A stretch of 64,000 nt of DNA from Chiloscyllium plagiosum (GCF_004010195.1 NC_057756.1:2280007-2344006); one strand, 5' to 3'; shown: positions 38,764 to 52,469, counted from the stretch's first letter. Translations and numbers: made by a program. Notes: generated by a model from the letters alone, not told the origin.

Positions 38764-41105
38764 GTAGAAGCTCATCTGTTTTCTCAAGCCAGCGCTGTAC
38801 AAATGTCTGTGCCAGAGTCTCACGCTTCAAGTTGAAGCTTGAAGAAGAAGCACCAACTTATGGCCTGATTTAACAAAGCGCTTTCAGGAAATGAAATAAC
38901 AGGCATCATTGATTGTTATGCTGCAATGGTAATAACGTTTAGGCATGTGACGACAATGAGATATATCGATGGTATCTGAGGAACACGCTCATGAGATTGG
39001 ACTGGTTCAACTTATCAGCTATGATGAACAAAGCCGCTGGGTATTCCATCTCAAGGTATTTACAGTGGTTAATAATTCATAAAGTTGTTTTTTCACTTCC
39101 TCACGAGGCAGAATGTAAAGTGCTGTCAGGATAACAGAAGTAAACGTATGGTCTTGAACATAAGAAACAACACTTTGCTTTTAGATATTCTAGGTTCGGA
39201 GAGAATTTACTTGCAGTGGCGTACAATCAAGAGTACCACGCCGTTTTGATCAGGAGGCAGATGACTCAACATTTTTCTTTGCCAGAGGGCACCATGTGGT
39301 CCAGCTGATAAAGAGATAAACGTTCAGGTTGTATGCCAAAGTCAGATGATGCAAGGATGAGACAGGTATCTGTAAAGCATACCCCAGCACCATCACTCAA
39401 TTACTCCTTCTATTTCTACAACTTGTGATTATACCGACTCTCCAGTCAAGATGGATCGTGAACAAAATGCAATGGAGTAATAGACGAGATTAGAAAAACG
39501 CTGTAGAAAAAGCACACTACTGTCACAAAAGGTTGAACATCTAAATGTAGATGGAATTCGTTTTCTTTCAGGAATTATGTGACAGAGGCATTTTATATTT
39601 CGAGCAATATAACAATACAGCTGCATTCCGACTCGCAATTGCGAGAAATAGAATGTCACAGTATAGCATAATTTAAAAAAAAGAAAAGTAATTCTCTCCC
39701 AAAGCAAAAAAAAATTCTGAATTTACTTTCACCTTCGTTAAAAAAAGATATTGGTATATAATATGCTAGTTGTATCCACTTTCATATCTCATAACTTTGA
39801 GGTGGAGATTGATCGGTATAGTAAAGCAAGGTATCGGTCAGTGTCTATGTTTAAATGTGCCAAGTTACTTCTTGCTATTCACTGTTAGATCCTGCACAGA
39901 TATGTTGTGTAAGAGGGTGCTTTGCTGTTATCAATGTGTAATTGTTGCTCTTCGCCTCTGATTTTTTTTTTACCTGATTGAGATTAGAAATATATGATTA
40001 TTCATCTGTTTGTGAAGTTTTATGCCTTCAGTAAGGAATTGATGTTGCAAAGAAAGTATATTTGAACAGGCTATGAATATGTGGAGATAACACTTATTTA
40101 TCTGACTATGTACTTTGTATATATTTATTTGTTTGTTTATGTTTTGGTGGCCTGAAGATCTGAAGAAATGCAAAGAAGGTGAGGATTGGTACAATCACAG
40201 AATTTATACTTCAATATGGTAATAGTTTTGAGTAAAAATTAAAGCAAAAACGTACGTTTGGCATGCAGGTGATGTCTGATTAATATGTTTTTGTTCACCA
40301 TTCGGACTACTTGAAGTGCTGAAAATTGAGCAAAGCAGATTTTTAAAAAAGCAAAAACATGATCAATACTTTCAATGTTGCTTATAATACTTTTCGTCTA
40401 CAATGAGACAAACTTCGACAGTGCATATATCAATCGAATTGATTTCAGATTACACCTTTTTAAAAAATATATAAATATTATCTGAGATTGTGTCTGTCAT
40501 TGCATGGATGTGGGAGTGCATAATCACTGTCTTTTCTTTACTATTTCTGCAGATCTTGCAAAGGAGCAAGCAGGCATGTATTAGACACGTTACTTTCAAC
40601 CATGTTGATATGAGTGCATAAAGCTTTTTCGAACATAATGAATTAAATTTGCTCAACTCTAATCAGAAAGTTTCCACTATGTTGTTACGATGTCTATAGA
40701 GTATATGTTCAGTTTAAATTACAGATTGTTTCTGAATAGTGAAGTAAAATTTAGGTGCTGTCTCCGCACCCGAATGGCAAGACTGAGAGACTGGATGTTC
40801 CAGAATTGATAACTGGCTGTTAAACTGATACGTGCGTTTTCATTGCAGTTTAACAGCAATTTCAAATTGAATCAATCACTTTATGTTATGCTCAGGATAC
40901 GAAAACCAAATCGAGTCTGAATATTGACAATATCCGACTAAAGACAGGGCATAATGTTGGAGTGCATGAAATCAGGGCGTTTAGAAATGTATTCAAAAGA
41001 ACAATTGTTACTAAACAGCAAAGCAACCGCTGGTAGAGTTGGACAGCTAACTGCCTATTTAATATCTTGCTCTCAACGAAATTAGAAGGCACTCTCGATC
41101 AAAGG
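38764..41105 (+). pseudogene. Trypsin-like domain relic h
   Basis: EEEAP/LWP (38841-38866), ASLI..QW/VIT..H, RLDWFNLS, ERIYL/YNQE, FSLPEGTM (39273), SMFKCA/RSCT, VHEIRAF..IVTK (40962). Confidence 0.7.
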
Positions 41106-41139
41106 TACATTTCCTGCAAAATATACGCGCACTAAAAAA

Positions 41140-41830
41140 GAAGATCGAGGAATACCAACAGATAGAAGGTTGGAGACACCGGAGAAGACAAAACAAATTG
41201 CTATCTTGGGATCAAAGTAATGTAACAAGAGAATGTCCGCAATACTAAGTCAAGATAAACTTCTACATTTCCTTCAAACGTAACATTGAAAGACCTATGC
41301 AAACATTATAAAAAAATAAAGTGGAAACATTTGGATGTTGTGGACATACAATTTGAGATGTAAGTTCATACGGAGAGAAAAAGATACAGCAACCAAAATA
41401 AGTCAGCAATTCCAAATCGCGACTTCGGTCATAATAGAAGGAACAAGGATAAAAATTGACATTTGTGAAGTCAGTTCCTTCTATAGGTTATGATTGGGAG
41501 CACAGCCACACATTTACATCGATCATGAAATCCACAATAGCGGAACGGTTTTGTCAGGAATGGTGTGGAGCCTATAGGAAATGCATGGGTGAATTTTAGT
41601 TTGAAAAACTATCAAAAAAAGCATACAAGTATCGGATGTTCAGCTCACTTAAACGTAGTAAAACTATGATGGGGCAAGTGTTGATGTTGTGGAAAGCGAT
41701 GAAGACTATATATTTATCTCTGTGGAGAAGTTTTATATGTAAGTTTCATTCACCCCATCCCTTCCCCGGCACCCACCGCAATGAAAGTTACCATGGCAAG
41801 TACAGAGTGAAGAAAGAAAACACTTCTTCA
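41140..41830 (+). pseudogene. Two CUB domain relics
   Basis: EDRG..NCY.(W)IKV..CCGHT..VSSYG..NRDF; NSGTVLS..RKCM..DVVESDEDYIFI..MKVTMAS. Confidence 0.55.
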
Positions 41831-42111
41831 TAAAATCATTGCAGTGAATGAGCGGTTGTGTGGATCGAATCAACAATAGTAGTGTTTAGGAAGATAATGT
41901 AACATGTCCTGTTGCAGTGCATTCACTATTAATGACACAACTTGAATTTTTCATATACATTTTTAAATTAGCAAAAATAGTGTAAAATTCTGCTACTTGT
42001 GAATCTTGACATTGTAATTCTGTGTTGCCATCACTGACATAAATTAATTAGCCAGACTAATAATAACTTGCAAAGAATGACAGACAATCTTTGCTGTACC
42101 ATTACTCATAG

Positions 42112-42132
42112 GGCTGAAGATTTTCAAACAAG
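42112..42132 (+). pseudogene. 21-nt micro-exon with intact splice sites
   Basis: ctcatag|GGCTGAAGATTTTCAAACAAG|gtgagt. Confidence 0.55.
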
Positions 42133-42635
42133 GTGAGTATTTGACCAAGGCCTATGGACGAGTAAAAATATTACTGATGTGCTGTCATTGCTGCTTTGTC
42201 GTCAAACACAAGGCATCCACGATATATTGTTAATGATGGAGACAATTATTTTCTCAATAGACGTTCCTACCTCATAAAACATCATACCTGATCGATTTAG
42301 TGTTTCACATTTGGTCAGTGGCCAGAGCCAGCAGCGTGTGACATGAACGGTGACAGGTAGATGGATCCTGCAATCAGTATCAGAGGAGCTTCAGCTCTTG
42401 ACCTTTTATAGTAGCTACGAAACAATTGCCACATGTGTGATGAAGAAAAGGGCTATATTGAGAATGAGGCAACTGAGTTTTTCACCATGGATAAAGAGGC
42501 CATTCAATAGTGGCGAGCAAAATGAAACGCTTTAGTTGTCGTGGATTCTATATTTTAAAGGCGTTATAATGTCCTTTTTAAAAAGGATGAAGGGTCATGC
42601 TTAGTGTAGTGCCTATCTTGTGCCAGGCTAAGGAA

Positions 42636-43045
42636 TAGACAATAGACAACAGTTGCAGGAGTAGGCCATTCTGCCCTTCGAGCCTGCACCACCATTCAAT
42701 ATGATCATGGCAGATCTTCCGTAATCAATATCCTATTCCTGCCTTAACTCCATAACCCTTTATTCCACTATTAATTGAGAGTTCTATCCAACTCTTTCTT
42801 AAATGAATCCAGAGACTGGGCTTCCACTGCCCTCTGGGGCAGAGCATTCCACACAGCCACCACTCTCTGGGTGAAGAAGCTTCTCCTCATCTCTGTCCTA
42901 ATTGGTCTACCCCGTATTTTTAAGCTGTGCCCTTTGGTTCGGCACTCACCTATCAGCGGAAACCTGTCTCCTGCCTCCAGAGTGTTTAATCCTTTAATAA
43001 TCTTATATATCTCAATCTGACAATAATCTTATATGTCTCAATCAC
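42636..43045 (-). mobile_element. CR1 LINE 3' end, relatively well preserved
   Basis: (caataga)n tail; antisense of IEIYKIIKG..GHSLKIRG..RRSFFTQRVVAVWNALPQRAVEA. Confidence 0.92.
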
Positions 43046-43049
43046 TGAC

Positions 43050-46000
43050 TGGCTTGAAACGACATGATAAAGGGAGGGTGAGGATCCCATTGTTGTGGTC
43101 CACGTTGTGGTCAATATAGTTAAAACCAGGCAATAGCTGATATTCGCGGATTTTCAGAAGCCAGGAGCCAAATTAAAGGACAGATCCTCAAGGATTATCA
43201 TTTTCGGATTACTGCCCGATCCACGAGCAAGGTGGCATGGGGATACAAGAATAAGGCAAGTAAACAAATGGTTTAAAGTCTAGTGTGGGAAAGAGTTGTT
43301 TATTTTTATGGATCACTGACAGCTGCGCTGGAACATGAGTGATCTGACTGTTGGAATGCTCTCTACCTAAACAGAGCTGGAGCCAATCTTTCAGTTCAAA
43401 GTGGAAATAGTTTGGTCAACAGGACTTTAAACTTGGAGGTAGGAGTGAAGTGAAGTGTAAAATATCCCTTCGTGAAAACAGAGCAACAGGATACATCCTG
43501 TTGGATGCATTTAACTGCGTTTTGAAATATGAAAGAAATGATAGGAAAGCAGAACTCAGCAGTGATTGTTAAAGTCTCCTGCACAGACCAAAGTGATATA
43601 TAGTGTTTGGAAAGGGTTAACAATCAAACTTAAAGCACACTGGACAAATGAATGACAATGAGAAGAGGGACGATTATTACAGGACTGAAGGTGATGTGTC
43701 TGAAAGAATGTAATATAAGCAATAAGACATTAGAGCTTATCGTGCAGAACAAATTGGTACTTATGATGTGTTGTGCATCATGGAGATACAGCTGCAAGAT
43801 GATTAGGATTGGGATTTGAATATGCAGGGATATACATCGAATCGAAAAGATACACAGGTGGCCAAAGATGGTGGAATTGGTTCATTAGTAAGAAAATTAG
43901 TTTAAAATAAAATTAAATTAAGTTAAAATTAAAATAAGTTAATACTAAATTTTAGAAAAAACGCACTAGCATGCAATGAAGTTCGATCAGATGGTATAGA
44001 GTACATATGGGTAGAATTGAAGAACCACAAAAGTTAAACAAAAAACATAGTTGAAGTTACGTACTGGCCTCCAAAATGGTAGTCAGGAGTTGGGGTGCAA
44101 GTTATACCAGGATACAAAAAGGTCATGGGGAATATCAGTATCTAGGTGGACTGCGTATATCAGTTTTAGAGTAGATTACAAGGAAACGAAATTCTGGAAT
44201 GTCTTTAAGATGGCTTTCAGAGCACGGCCAAGGAAGCGGGAGTACTGGATTTAGTGTTGTGCATTGAGGCAGAGGTGATACGGGACGTTAACGTTAAGGA
44301 AACTTTCGGAGGCTGTGCTCATAATTTACGCACGCAATTTGAGAGGGAAAAGATAGAATCAGAACAAATGGTATTGCATCTGATTAAAGGCAACTACAGA
44401 GGCATGAGGAAGGATGTGGGGCAAATTGATGCGAAGAGGAGTGAGGAAAGACAACGAAACAGCAATGACAGCAGTTTCTGTGAGTGATTCAAGATACAGA
44501 GAAAACTTCATCGCGAAGAAATATGCCATGGCATAAGAAGGATTAGCCAACCATTAATGTCCAGGGAAGTCAGAGGTCGAATAAAAGCAAAAGAGATGTT
44601 ACATAATGTGGCGACAGTTTGTGGGAAACCAGTGGATTGGGTAGTCTACGTAGACCAACAGAGGGCAACAAAAATGAAATAAGTATGGAGAAAGTTAAAT
44701 TTGAAACTAAGTTAGCCAGTAACACAAATGACGACTGTAATAGTTTCATGTGATATAAAAATGGTTAAAAAAAAGAGGGAAGTTTGGACATTAGACTGCT
44801 GGAAAATGACGCTGGAGAGATAGAAGTGGGGAACAGGTAAATGGTTGAGGATTTGAATAATTGCTTCACATCATTCTGCACGATGGAATGCCCGTGTAAT
44901 ATGCCAAATATTCAAGAAAGTCGGGGGCAGCACCAAGGAGAAAGTGCTAGAAAACTTGAACGGCCTGAAGGTGGATCAGTCACTGGGACAGATGGACTAT
45001 ACCCCCAGAGTCTAAGGGAAACAACTGAAGAGATATTTGAGGCGTTACTTGTGATCTTTCAGGAATCTTTAGAGTCAAGGATGGTCTCAGACGATTGTAA
45101 AATTGCTAACATTACACCCCAAATTGCAAAGGGAATAAGGCAAAAGAATGAATATTGCAAGTTAGTCAAACTAACCTCCGTCGTGGGTAGGATTTTAGAG
45201 TATATTTTGAAGCTGGAAATTTCTGAATATTTGAAAGTATCTGTTAAAATAGGGGGAAAACAGCATGGTGTCATGAAGGGGAGGTCAGGCCTGACAAATT
45301 TGCTACAATTCTTTGATGAAGTAATGAACAATTGAGACCAAGCAGAGCCAAGGACTGGTAGTGACCAGGACATCAAGAAAGCCTTTGAGAATGGGTCACA
45401 TGGAAGTTGCCGAACAAAGACACATGGTTTTAGATGGGGTTTACTAGCATGCATAGAAGATTTGTTGACTGGCAGAAACTTTAGGGTGTTGGATAAAACA
45501 GTTTTTGGCAGCTGGCAGTTGTTGACAAATGATGTTCCGCAAGGGTCAGTGTTGACGGCAACTTTTAAGTTTATACATTAGTGATCTAAATTAAGGAACT
45601 GAGTGCATCCTGGCTAGGGTTTCAGAAGATACAAAGATAGTTGAAGCTTGGGGTAGTATTGAGTAGGGTGGGAGGCTGCAGAAGAAATTGGACAGGTGAG
45701 GCGATTGGGTAATAAAGTGGCAGATGGAAGACAACGTGAGAAATTTGCGGTCATACACCTTGGTAATAAGATTGGAAGGGTGGACTATTTTCTAAACGAG
45801 GAGTAAATTCAGAAGAAGGAGTTGAAATGAGATTTAGGAGTTCGAATCAAGCATTCACTCAAGCTAACTTTCAGATTGAAACAGTAGTTAGGAAGGAAAC
45901 TGCAAAGGTGGCATTTATTTTGCGAGGACTTGAATATAAAAGCTGGGAAGTACTTCCGAGTCTGTATAAGGCTCTGTTCAGACTACGTTTAGAGTATTCT

Positions 46001-46527
46001 GCGCACTTTTGTTCCTCATATTTCAGGAAGGATGAATTGGCCCTGGAACGTGTTCAAAGGAGGTTCAATAGTATGGTGTCAGAAATAAAAGGTTTAACAT
46101 ATGAAGAATTTGAAGACCCCTTAATTGTACTCGATGTATTTCAGAAGGATGAGTTGAGATCTAACTAAAATTTCGAGAACAGATAATTGCTTGTTAGGCA
46201 AAGTAGATGTTGTACAGATGTTTGTACTGGGAGGAGGGATAAGAGCATGGGCTCAGAGTAAAGAGAATACTTTTTTTTAACTGACATACGGAGAAACGAC
46301 TTGAAGCAGGGAGTTGTGAATCTATGGAATTCCCTGCCACAGAAAGCTGTAGAGGCCAGGTCATTGATTATAATCAAGACGGAGATAAATTAGTTCCTGA
46401 ATAATAATGAATCGAGGATCACGGGGAAAAAAACGGTAGAGCGCGTTTGGGAAACTATTCAGAACGAGTAAATAACAGAGTAGATTGGATGGGCTGAATT
46501 GCCTAATTTCTGCTGCTATATCCTATG
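43050..46527 (+). mobile_element. Long decayed CR1/HER1 LINE (ORF1 esterase remnant + ORF2)
   Basis: IVVVHV..GAKLK..SRIIIFGLLP (ORF1), DGLYP..DDCKIANITP, QHGVMKGRS.LTNLLQFF, LYKALFRLRLEY..LERVQRRF, VNLWNSLPQKAVEA. Confidence 0.93.
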
Positions 46528-47769
46528 ATCTTAGTCTCTAAAACAGGCAATGTAATGTATTCAGAGGGAAAGTCTCCATTGATCAGACTCAAATATACTA
46601 AGGAAGAATTGTATTGCACAATAAAATTAAAACTAGTAGTAATAATTCCTAGAATAATAAAAAAAGAGAAAATCGTGATTTATTCATTCTTAAATTTGGA
46701 ACTCACAATAATAAAAAAAACATAATTGCATGGATTAGTTTACTTTTTCAAAGGAACTAACAGGTACGGAAGACATAATACTAACAATCTGACTATGATG
46801 AGGCTCATTTTCACAAATAGACCAGAATTCCGAAAGCTTTTATCAGAAAAGTAATATTTTGTCTGTGGAAAGACAGTTTGTATTCGGAGATCCAGAAACA
46901 GCCAAAACAAATTACTTGTAAAAGCGTATGTCACATTTTTATCAATAAAGATTATGTTAAATTCAAGTGTTAATAAAAAAAAATGTCAGTGCGCTTTAGA
47001 CACCATCGGTATCAAACGATCTGATCAAAAATATTTTGAATAAATTCAGTAGCAGCAAACGAGTACATTTAAACAATAAATACACATTTGTAATTGACGC
47101 ATATTATTTTGCATGGAAATAGAAATACAGATCTTCCAAATGAATAACTTGCTAGAAATTGTGATCTTGAGAATTATGATTGCACAGAATGATACCAGTG
47201 ATTCGGTACAATTGAGAGCTAGTCTGAATACAGCAGAAACGCTCAACAATTGAAAGATAACTGCAGTCATCGGGAAAATGAAATGCAAAGGATTTTAACT
47301 TGCAATTCAATCGTTTGTATTGTGACTTCTGCAACTTGTGAACAATAACTCGATTGGTGTTGAGCACTATTGCATCGGACAGTGGAGAAGCTGTATTTGT
47401 CTCATAGACATTTGTTATGTACTCTGTGTATAGGTGGGTTTTTCAATCTTGTTCCTTTCTGGCCAGAGTCAGTTGTTGAATCCTGTGTATGGAGTTAGTG
47501 TATAGTGTCGGATAAGCCAGAAACTCAGCGTAATGTTTTGATGGATTTACGTTATTGGGTTCGAGCACTTCTTAGCAGTTGTCATTGAGATATTTTACAG
47601 CCGACATGCTAAGGAATATCTCTGTATTTCTGTTCGGTAGAACACTCCACATGCTCCAATGTAAGTGGAATGATTTTCGAAGGTATGTGACCTTCAAATT
47701 TTGCTTCCTGAATCTTCATCTGCGAAGAAAATGGAGATATTTGTGGTAATAGTGCAACATTTTCAGTGT

Positions 47770-48720
47770 CATTGCAATATTTGAAAAATGCTAAAAATGC
47801 GATTGGAAACGAAACAACTGTAATTATAGGCAAAGGAAGGGACGGAATAAACCTAGCAGAGGAAAGAAGGGAAAAAAAAACCAACGCTCAAAAGTAGATG
47901 AAAAGGAGAAAGAGAGAGATGAAAAATGGGAAGAGAGAAGAAACTGACAAATTGTGAGAACTTGATCTTCAGAACTTGGCAATTACAGTGCAAATTCAAA
48001 AATCAGCTGGAATCATTTTACGTATTTTGAACCGTTAACTTCGTGCAATGAGAAGAATGTAGAAGACCTTCTTTACATTTTGAAGAAATGGCTGAACAAT
48101 TAAAACAGTTGATGACAATGTGGATATTATTGATGCAAAGAAAATAATAGGCAGATCACTGTGAGGAATTTACATCACTGGGTGGCTCAGTGGTTAACAC
48201 TGTTGCCTCGCAGTGCGAGAGACCTGACTTCAATTCCAGGCGAGGCCGACAGTCTGTGCAGCATTTGAATACTCTCCACGTGCCTGCATGTGTTGCCTCA
48301 GGGTGATCAGGTTTCCTCGCACAATCCGAAGATGTGCTGGTTATGTGAATTGACCACGCTAAATTGCACATAAGCTTCAGTTCTGTGTATTAATCAGAGA
48401 ATAGGGGAATTGGTCTGAGTGGGTTTCTCATTGGAGGTTATATGTGGACTTTCTGGTCATAATGGCTAGTGTCCACAGAGTAAAGATTGTATTAAGCTAT
48501 CAAACGAAATGTCTGGGGAGAACTTGGATGTGAAATATGATATCCAAAGTGCATATGAGCTAGTATCAGACGCCTCTAACCAGCGATTCAGCAATCTAAA
48601 GGGGATCCAGATCAAACTTGCATAGAGTTTGAATGGATCAATAAATGTAATTTTTGTAAGTGGAGATGGACTTGGAAAACAGATCAAACAAGGAAATTGT
48701 GAGGTAAGTCGTTCCATAAG
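47770..48720 (+). mobile_element. Gypsy (Gmr1-like) LTR-retrotransposon gag relic, interrupted by a SINE
   Basis: E/K/R-rich segment, EKNVED../FEEMAEQLK..MWILLMQ, and after the SINE IQSAYELVSDASNQRFSNLK (cf. ILxAYELVPEAYRQxFRNL). Confidence 0.75.
48178..48490 (+). mobile_element. HE1-type tRNA-derived SINE, old
   Basis: A box ggtggctcagtggttaa, B-box-like gacttcaattcc, core ..ggtttcctcgcacaatcc..gaattgaccacgctaaattgc. Confidence 0.9.
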
Positions 48721-48753
48721 AACGCAATCGTTCTTGTTTTTTAAGAGGCAAGG

Positions 48754-49386
48754 TGTGACGATGCTGTGACGTTAAGAGGTGAATGTTGCCCCGGGATCCT
48801 TTTGAGAGTAATTGGGAGACACGTGAGAGCAGACTATGAGAAGATAAACAACTTGTGAGGCCTTGTGCTTCATTTTTTTCTCGTGGAAAAGTATAAGTAA
48901 CCTCAGTGAGTTTGGAGTTGCTCACGCAGATTCAGTATTTTAAGTTAGCTTTCAGTAATTGTTGCTGGCCAAGTGCAGACAATAGTGAATCTCTTCCAGT
49001 AGCTATATTCTCCCTACAGAATCGCCTTTTACTTTTCTTTTCTATAAGATTGGAAAGCTGCATGCAAGAAAACGTTTTTTTAACTTCCGTTTTGCCAAGA
49101 AATTGCAAAGGTAATTTTGTTATGCGGAGTACTTTATGCATTATGTTTGTTGTATCTGCCTTTCTATCAAGTTTTCAAACAGAGTTAAGGTATTCAAGTA
49201 CTTCTTTCTTTTTTGTGTCTTCACTGTAGTATATGAATGCATCGCAGTTTGCTTAACGTCAGATAGTTTGACGAGTCGAATTACATTGGTGATAGTGCCG
49301 CTGACATTTAGCTTTAAAATGAGCAAAAGTCACGGTATTGCCCATCTTTTTAACATACTTTTAGGGGACAGATCAGGTCCATAACA
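48754..49386 (+). mobile_element. Probable LTR of the Gypsy relic
   Basis: TGTGACG...CATAACA termini (imperfect inverted ends), purine-rich stretch just upstream, directly 3' of the gag relic. Confidence 0.6.
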
Positions 49387-50089
49387 AACACAATTAATGA
49401 AAGGATCGCATTCAACATACTTTGATTCAATGGCACAATTGCAACTTGTGGAAGACGAAATGAAATGTTCATCTTAAGAAACAGCGTCAAGATTATAAAG
49501 CATGAATCTTATAACCAGTCAAATATTTTGTTTCATTCTGTCTTTATGCATTGGTCAGAGTTAACAATTTTTGTATGCATCAAAAGAGAGGAAGTTATGG
49601 AGAGAGAGCGAAAGAACAGCAAGCGAGATGGAGGAAGAGAAAGATTATCTTGTAATACATATTTGCTTCAAAAGTAGGAAAATGCAAACTTTTGATTGAA
49701 ACGTTCCAGCATTGCAAGAACAAGAAAGAAGTTTTTTTTGTATTGTAGGATATTTTTTAATTTTACATATCATTATGATTGATTTCCATATTACAGCAAG
49801 CTGAGTATTGATGTCTCAGCATGCCTGTGCTAAAGGATGAAGTTCTGAATTACTTACGTTGAAATGTCAGCATAATCAGGATCAGTATTATGAAATTTTC
49901 AAACTATTGTCGTTGAATGTTCAATGAAGTCATGATGAATACGTGAAATAAATTGTTCACAGATTTTGTTGTGCCGTTTATGAACTGTGTATGTTCTTTC
50001 AACACATTTGTGGCTGAAGTAACCTGAACTTAGATTTTTGTTTGATAATGTATCATGCTGCGCTGTGATACACAAACGACATTTCGATC

Positions 50090-50610
50090 AGGATCTCTGA
50101 AGTTAGACAGATGCTCAGTGTCCCCTTAAGATATTCTTTTTCACCTTATGGCCATTCCAGTACTTGAGTTGAAGTGGCAACTGTGGAAAATGAGGTTCAG
50201 ATCCCTGCCAAAGTTTGCACTAAAGTGTATAGAACTCTAACAGTATAATTCACTCTTTGTCTGTCAAGTGAATTGCCATTAAGAAAGGTGAAGTTGCACT
50301 TTAAGCAGGTGTAATGTACTTGTAAATCAGGATGCATTTGTTCGTGTTTTTAAAAGTATAATTACTTTCTAAACTACATGCTTCTCATTGCAAATCTATT
50401 CAAATATGTATTTTGTTAAATTCTGCATTGGATGAAATAATTGTTAATTTGCCACATTATAAACAAGAAAATATACATGACGATTAATGTACTTTTTTTA
50501 TGCTGAATGGATGAGAAGAAATACAGGGAAGTTGAGCTGGACGTAATTAACTCTGATGACACCACCAAAATACCATCAATCAGTATTAGTGTCTTTCAGA
50601 ACTTCCTACA
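50090..50610 (+). pseudogene. CUB domain relic
   Basis: QCP../SPYG..PAKVCT; EVELDVINSDDTTKIPSISISVF (cf. VxFxSDxT..GFxIxY). Confidence 0.35.
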
Positions 50611-50619
50611 AGGGAAATC

Positions 50620-51630
50620 GGACTGAATGTGTCATTTTCTGCAAGCGTCAATGGCGATAGTGAAACCTTTGAACTTAAAACTGACAGAGGCATAAATGCT
50701 CATTCCTTGATGCAGATAGCAATCGGGAAAAAGAATGTGATACAGAATGCGAAAATGACAGGGTATGTAAAGCAATGCTTGAAAAAAATGGAAGCCATGA
50801 TGATGTGAGAGCAAGTTGAAGCAAAGGACAACAACGAAGCCGAAGCAGACAAATACGCAATGACTCTATAGGAAAATGAGAAAATGAGTTGGGAGAGGCC
50901 TGGGATCGTTCGGAAAAGTTGAAGACAGGTCGTTAGACAATCCAAACGCTGGTGGCATGCATGGGTAAATTGAGAAATATCGTTACATTTCTACTTCTCG
51001 ATTATACCGTTGGAAAATTCACGTTAATGGTTCAACATTTTCTACTCTGTGGTATGTTTAGGCAAAGACAGTTATTAATACATTGACACAGTTCTGCAGT
51101 CGGTTACAATTTTGTGAAGTTGACTATGCGTCATTTTTGTGCTACACAAACTGATGAAACAATGACACTTGAAGGTGTCCATTTTTAAGTTCATGATGAC
51201 CCCTCCTTGCTGATTTCCAATGCCACACAGCACTCATGGGTTCTTTAGAGATCCAAGTTCATAACGTTAATCTGAATGAGGAAATATCATAGATGTCGCA
51301 GTTGAATGCAGTTACAGTCGTATTGTTATCGATTTCTGATGTTCTCCTGGTAGTGAAGGCAAACATTTCACACAGAAATTATTGAAGGATCTGAGAAGAG
51401 AATTCAATATTTTCTGTTGGATAATTATTTATGGAACCCGTCAATCGATCTACTGTCAATATTCAATGCCTTCTGGAGTAATATTATACTCTGCCATCAT
51501 TTTGTTATCCATCCTCTTACTAACTTACATTCTGTTAGGCATAGTAATCTTTACGTCAGAGCAGTCTGTCCTTCATCACCGGAGTCTTCAATGATCAGAG
51601 GCCGATTTTTCGTTTGGGTAGGAATTCTTT
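50620..51630 (+). pseudogene. Trypsin-like domain relic j
   Basis: AHS..QIAI (50698), SW../LGSF, SDVLLVVKANI (51335), NSIFSVG, YCQ..SG, YILLGIVIF (51526), GVFN (51581), FFVWV (51606). Confidence 0.65.
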
Positions 51631-52469
51631 GAAGTGTTTTCTCAACCGTATTCTAATTTATCGCTTCAGTATCCACGCATTGTGTTCGGGAATTTAAGTT
51701 TTCCTTATCAGTTCAAACAGTTTCTGAACACTTACACGACAACACTCGAATTATATGCTTTGCTGTGGATAGCATCGAATTTCACTCTTTAAAATTCCCG
51801 AAAATGTGATTCAATATTGTCAAAATTCAGAAAATATACACACAACACAAGTAATGTGGTCTTTAGAAATGAAAGTAATCACGTGACAATTTTGGATTAT
51901 TCATTCAAAATTGCCAGAACACAAATGTGAATTAAATGTTATTCATCTTCTGCATTGTTTGGTTTAATACGACCAACTTCATTGCTGAACTTGCAGAAAT
52001 ACGCTCAATCACTTTGAAAATAGAAACTTTCAATCTTCAATTATTTCAAAAGTCATTATTGTGATTGTTAAGCACTGCACATTCTTCTGAAGTATAGGTA
52101 CCTGTCGTCATATTTCCATTCTTGTACTCTTCTTTTATGTTTCCCATAGATTAACTTAACAGTCAACATTGTTCTCTTAAAAAAACACAGCAAAGCGATT
52201 TCTCCTTATTTCACTAAATTCACGAAGGCACATTATAAATGACGAGCCTTAAATACTGACCTTGTGACATTACACAGATGAGTGATATCAATTTGGTCGG
52301 GAGTGGGTGGGTGGTTACTGAGCACCTTTCCAAAACTTAAAAAGCTTTTTTCCTCACAAGATGTTATTTTCAACATCCTCTCCTACTGAAGCGTTTATTT
52401 TGTTCTTTAATCATTGTAATTCAGTGGCAGCAGTGCACGTTTCGTAGCTAATAATTTTAGTGAGGTCGT

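Larger units (their letters stand above)
42319..49995 (+). pseudogene. Trypsin-like domain relic i, stretched by TE insertions
   Basis: WP..AC, SS*PFIV..HV* (42319-42440); *KITAVIGK..RLY..STIA..FVMYS..SC*I (47240-47485); DML../VEHSTCS (47601-47660); SAC..LKCQ..YEI..LFT..FMNCV (49817-49992). Confidence 0.7.

Noticed and set aside
42370..42520. Gla-domain-like reading LL**LR..CDEEKG..EATEFF..W
   Set aside because: Spacing and exon structure do not fit Gla genes; overlapping frames give WP..C, SS*P and HV*, which fit the recurring protease N-terminus better.
51375..51632. Ion-channel or transmembrane-like ORFs (NYL..IDLLSI; ILLLTYILLGIVIF)
   Set aside because: No other channel motifs nearby; better explained as a protease C-terminus (YxLxGIV..GVF..WV).
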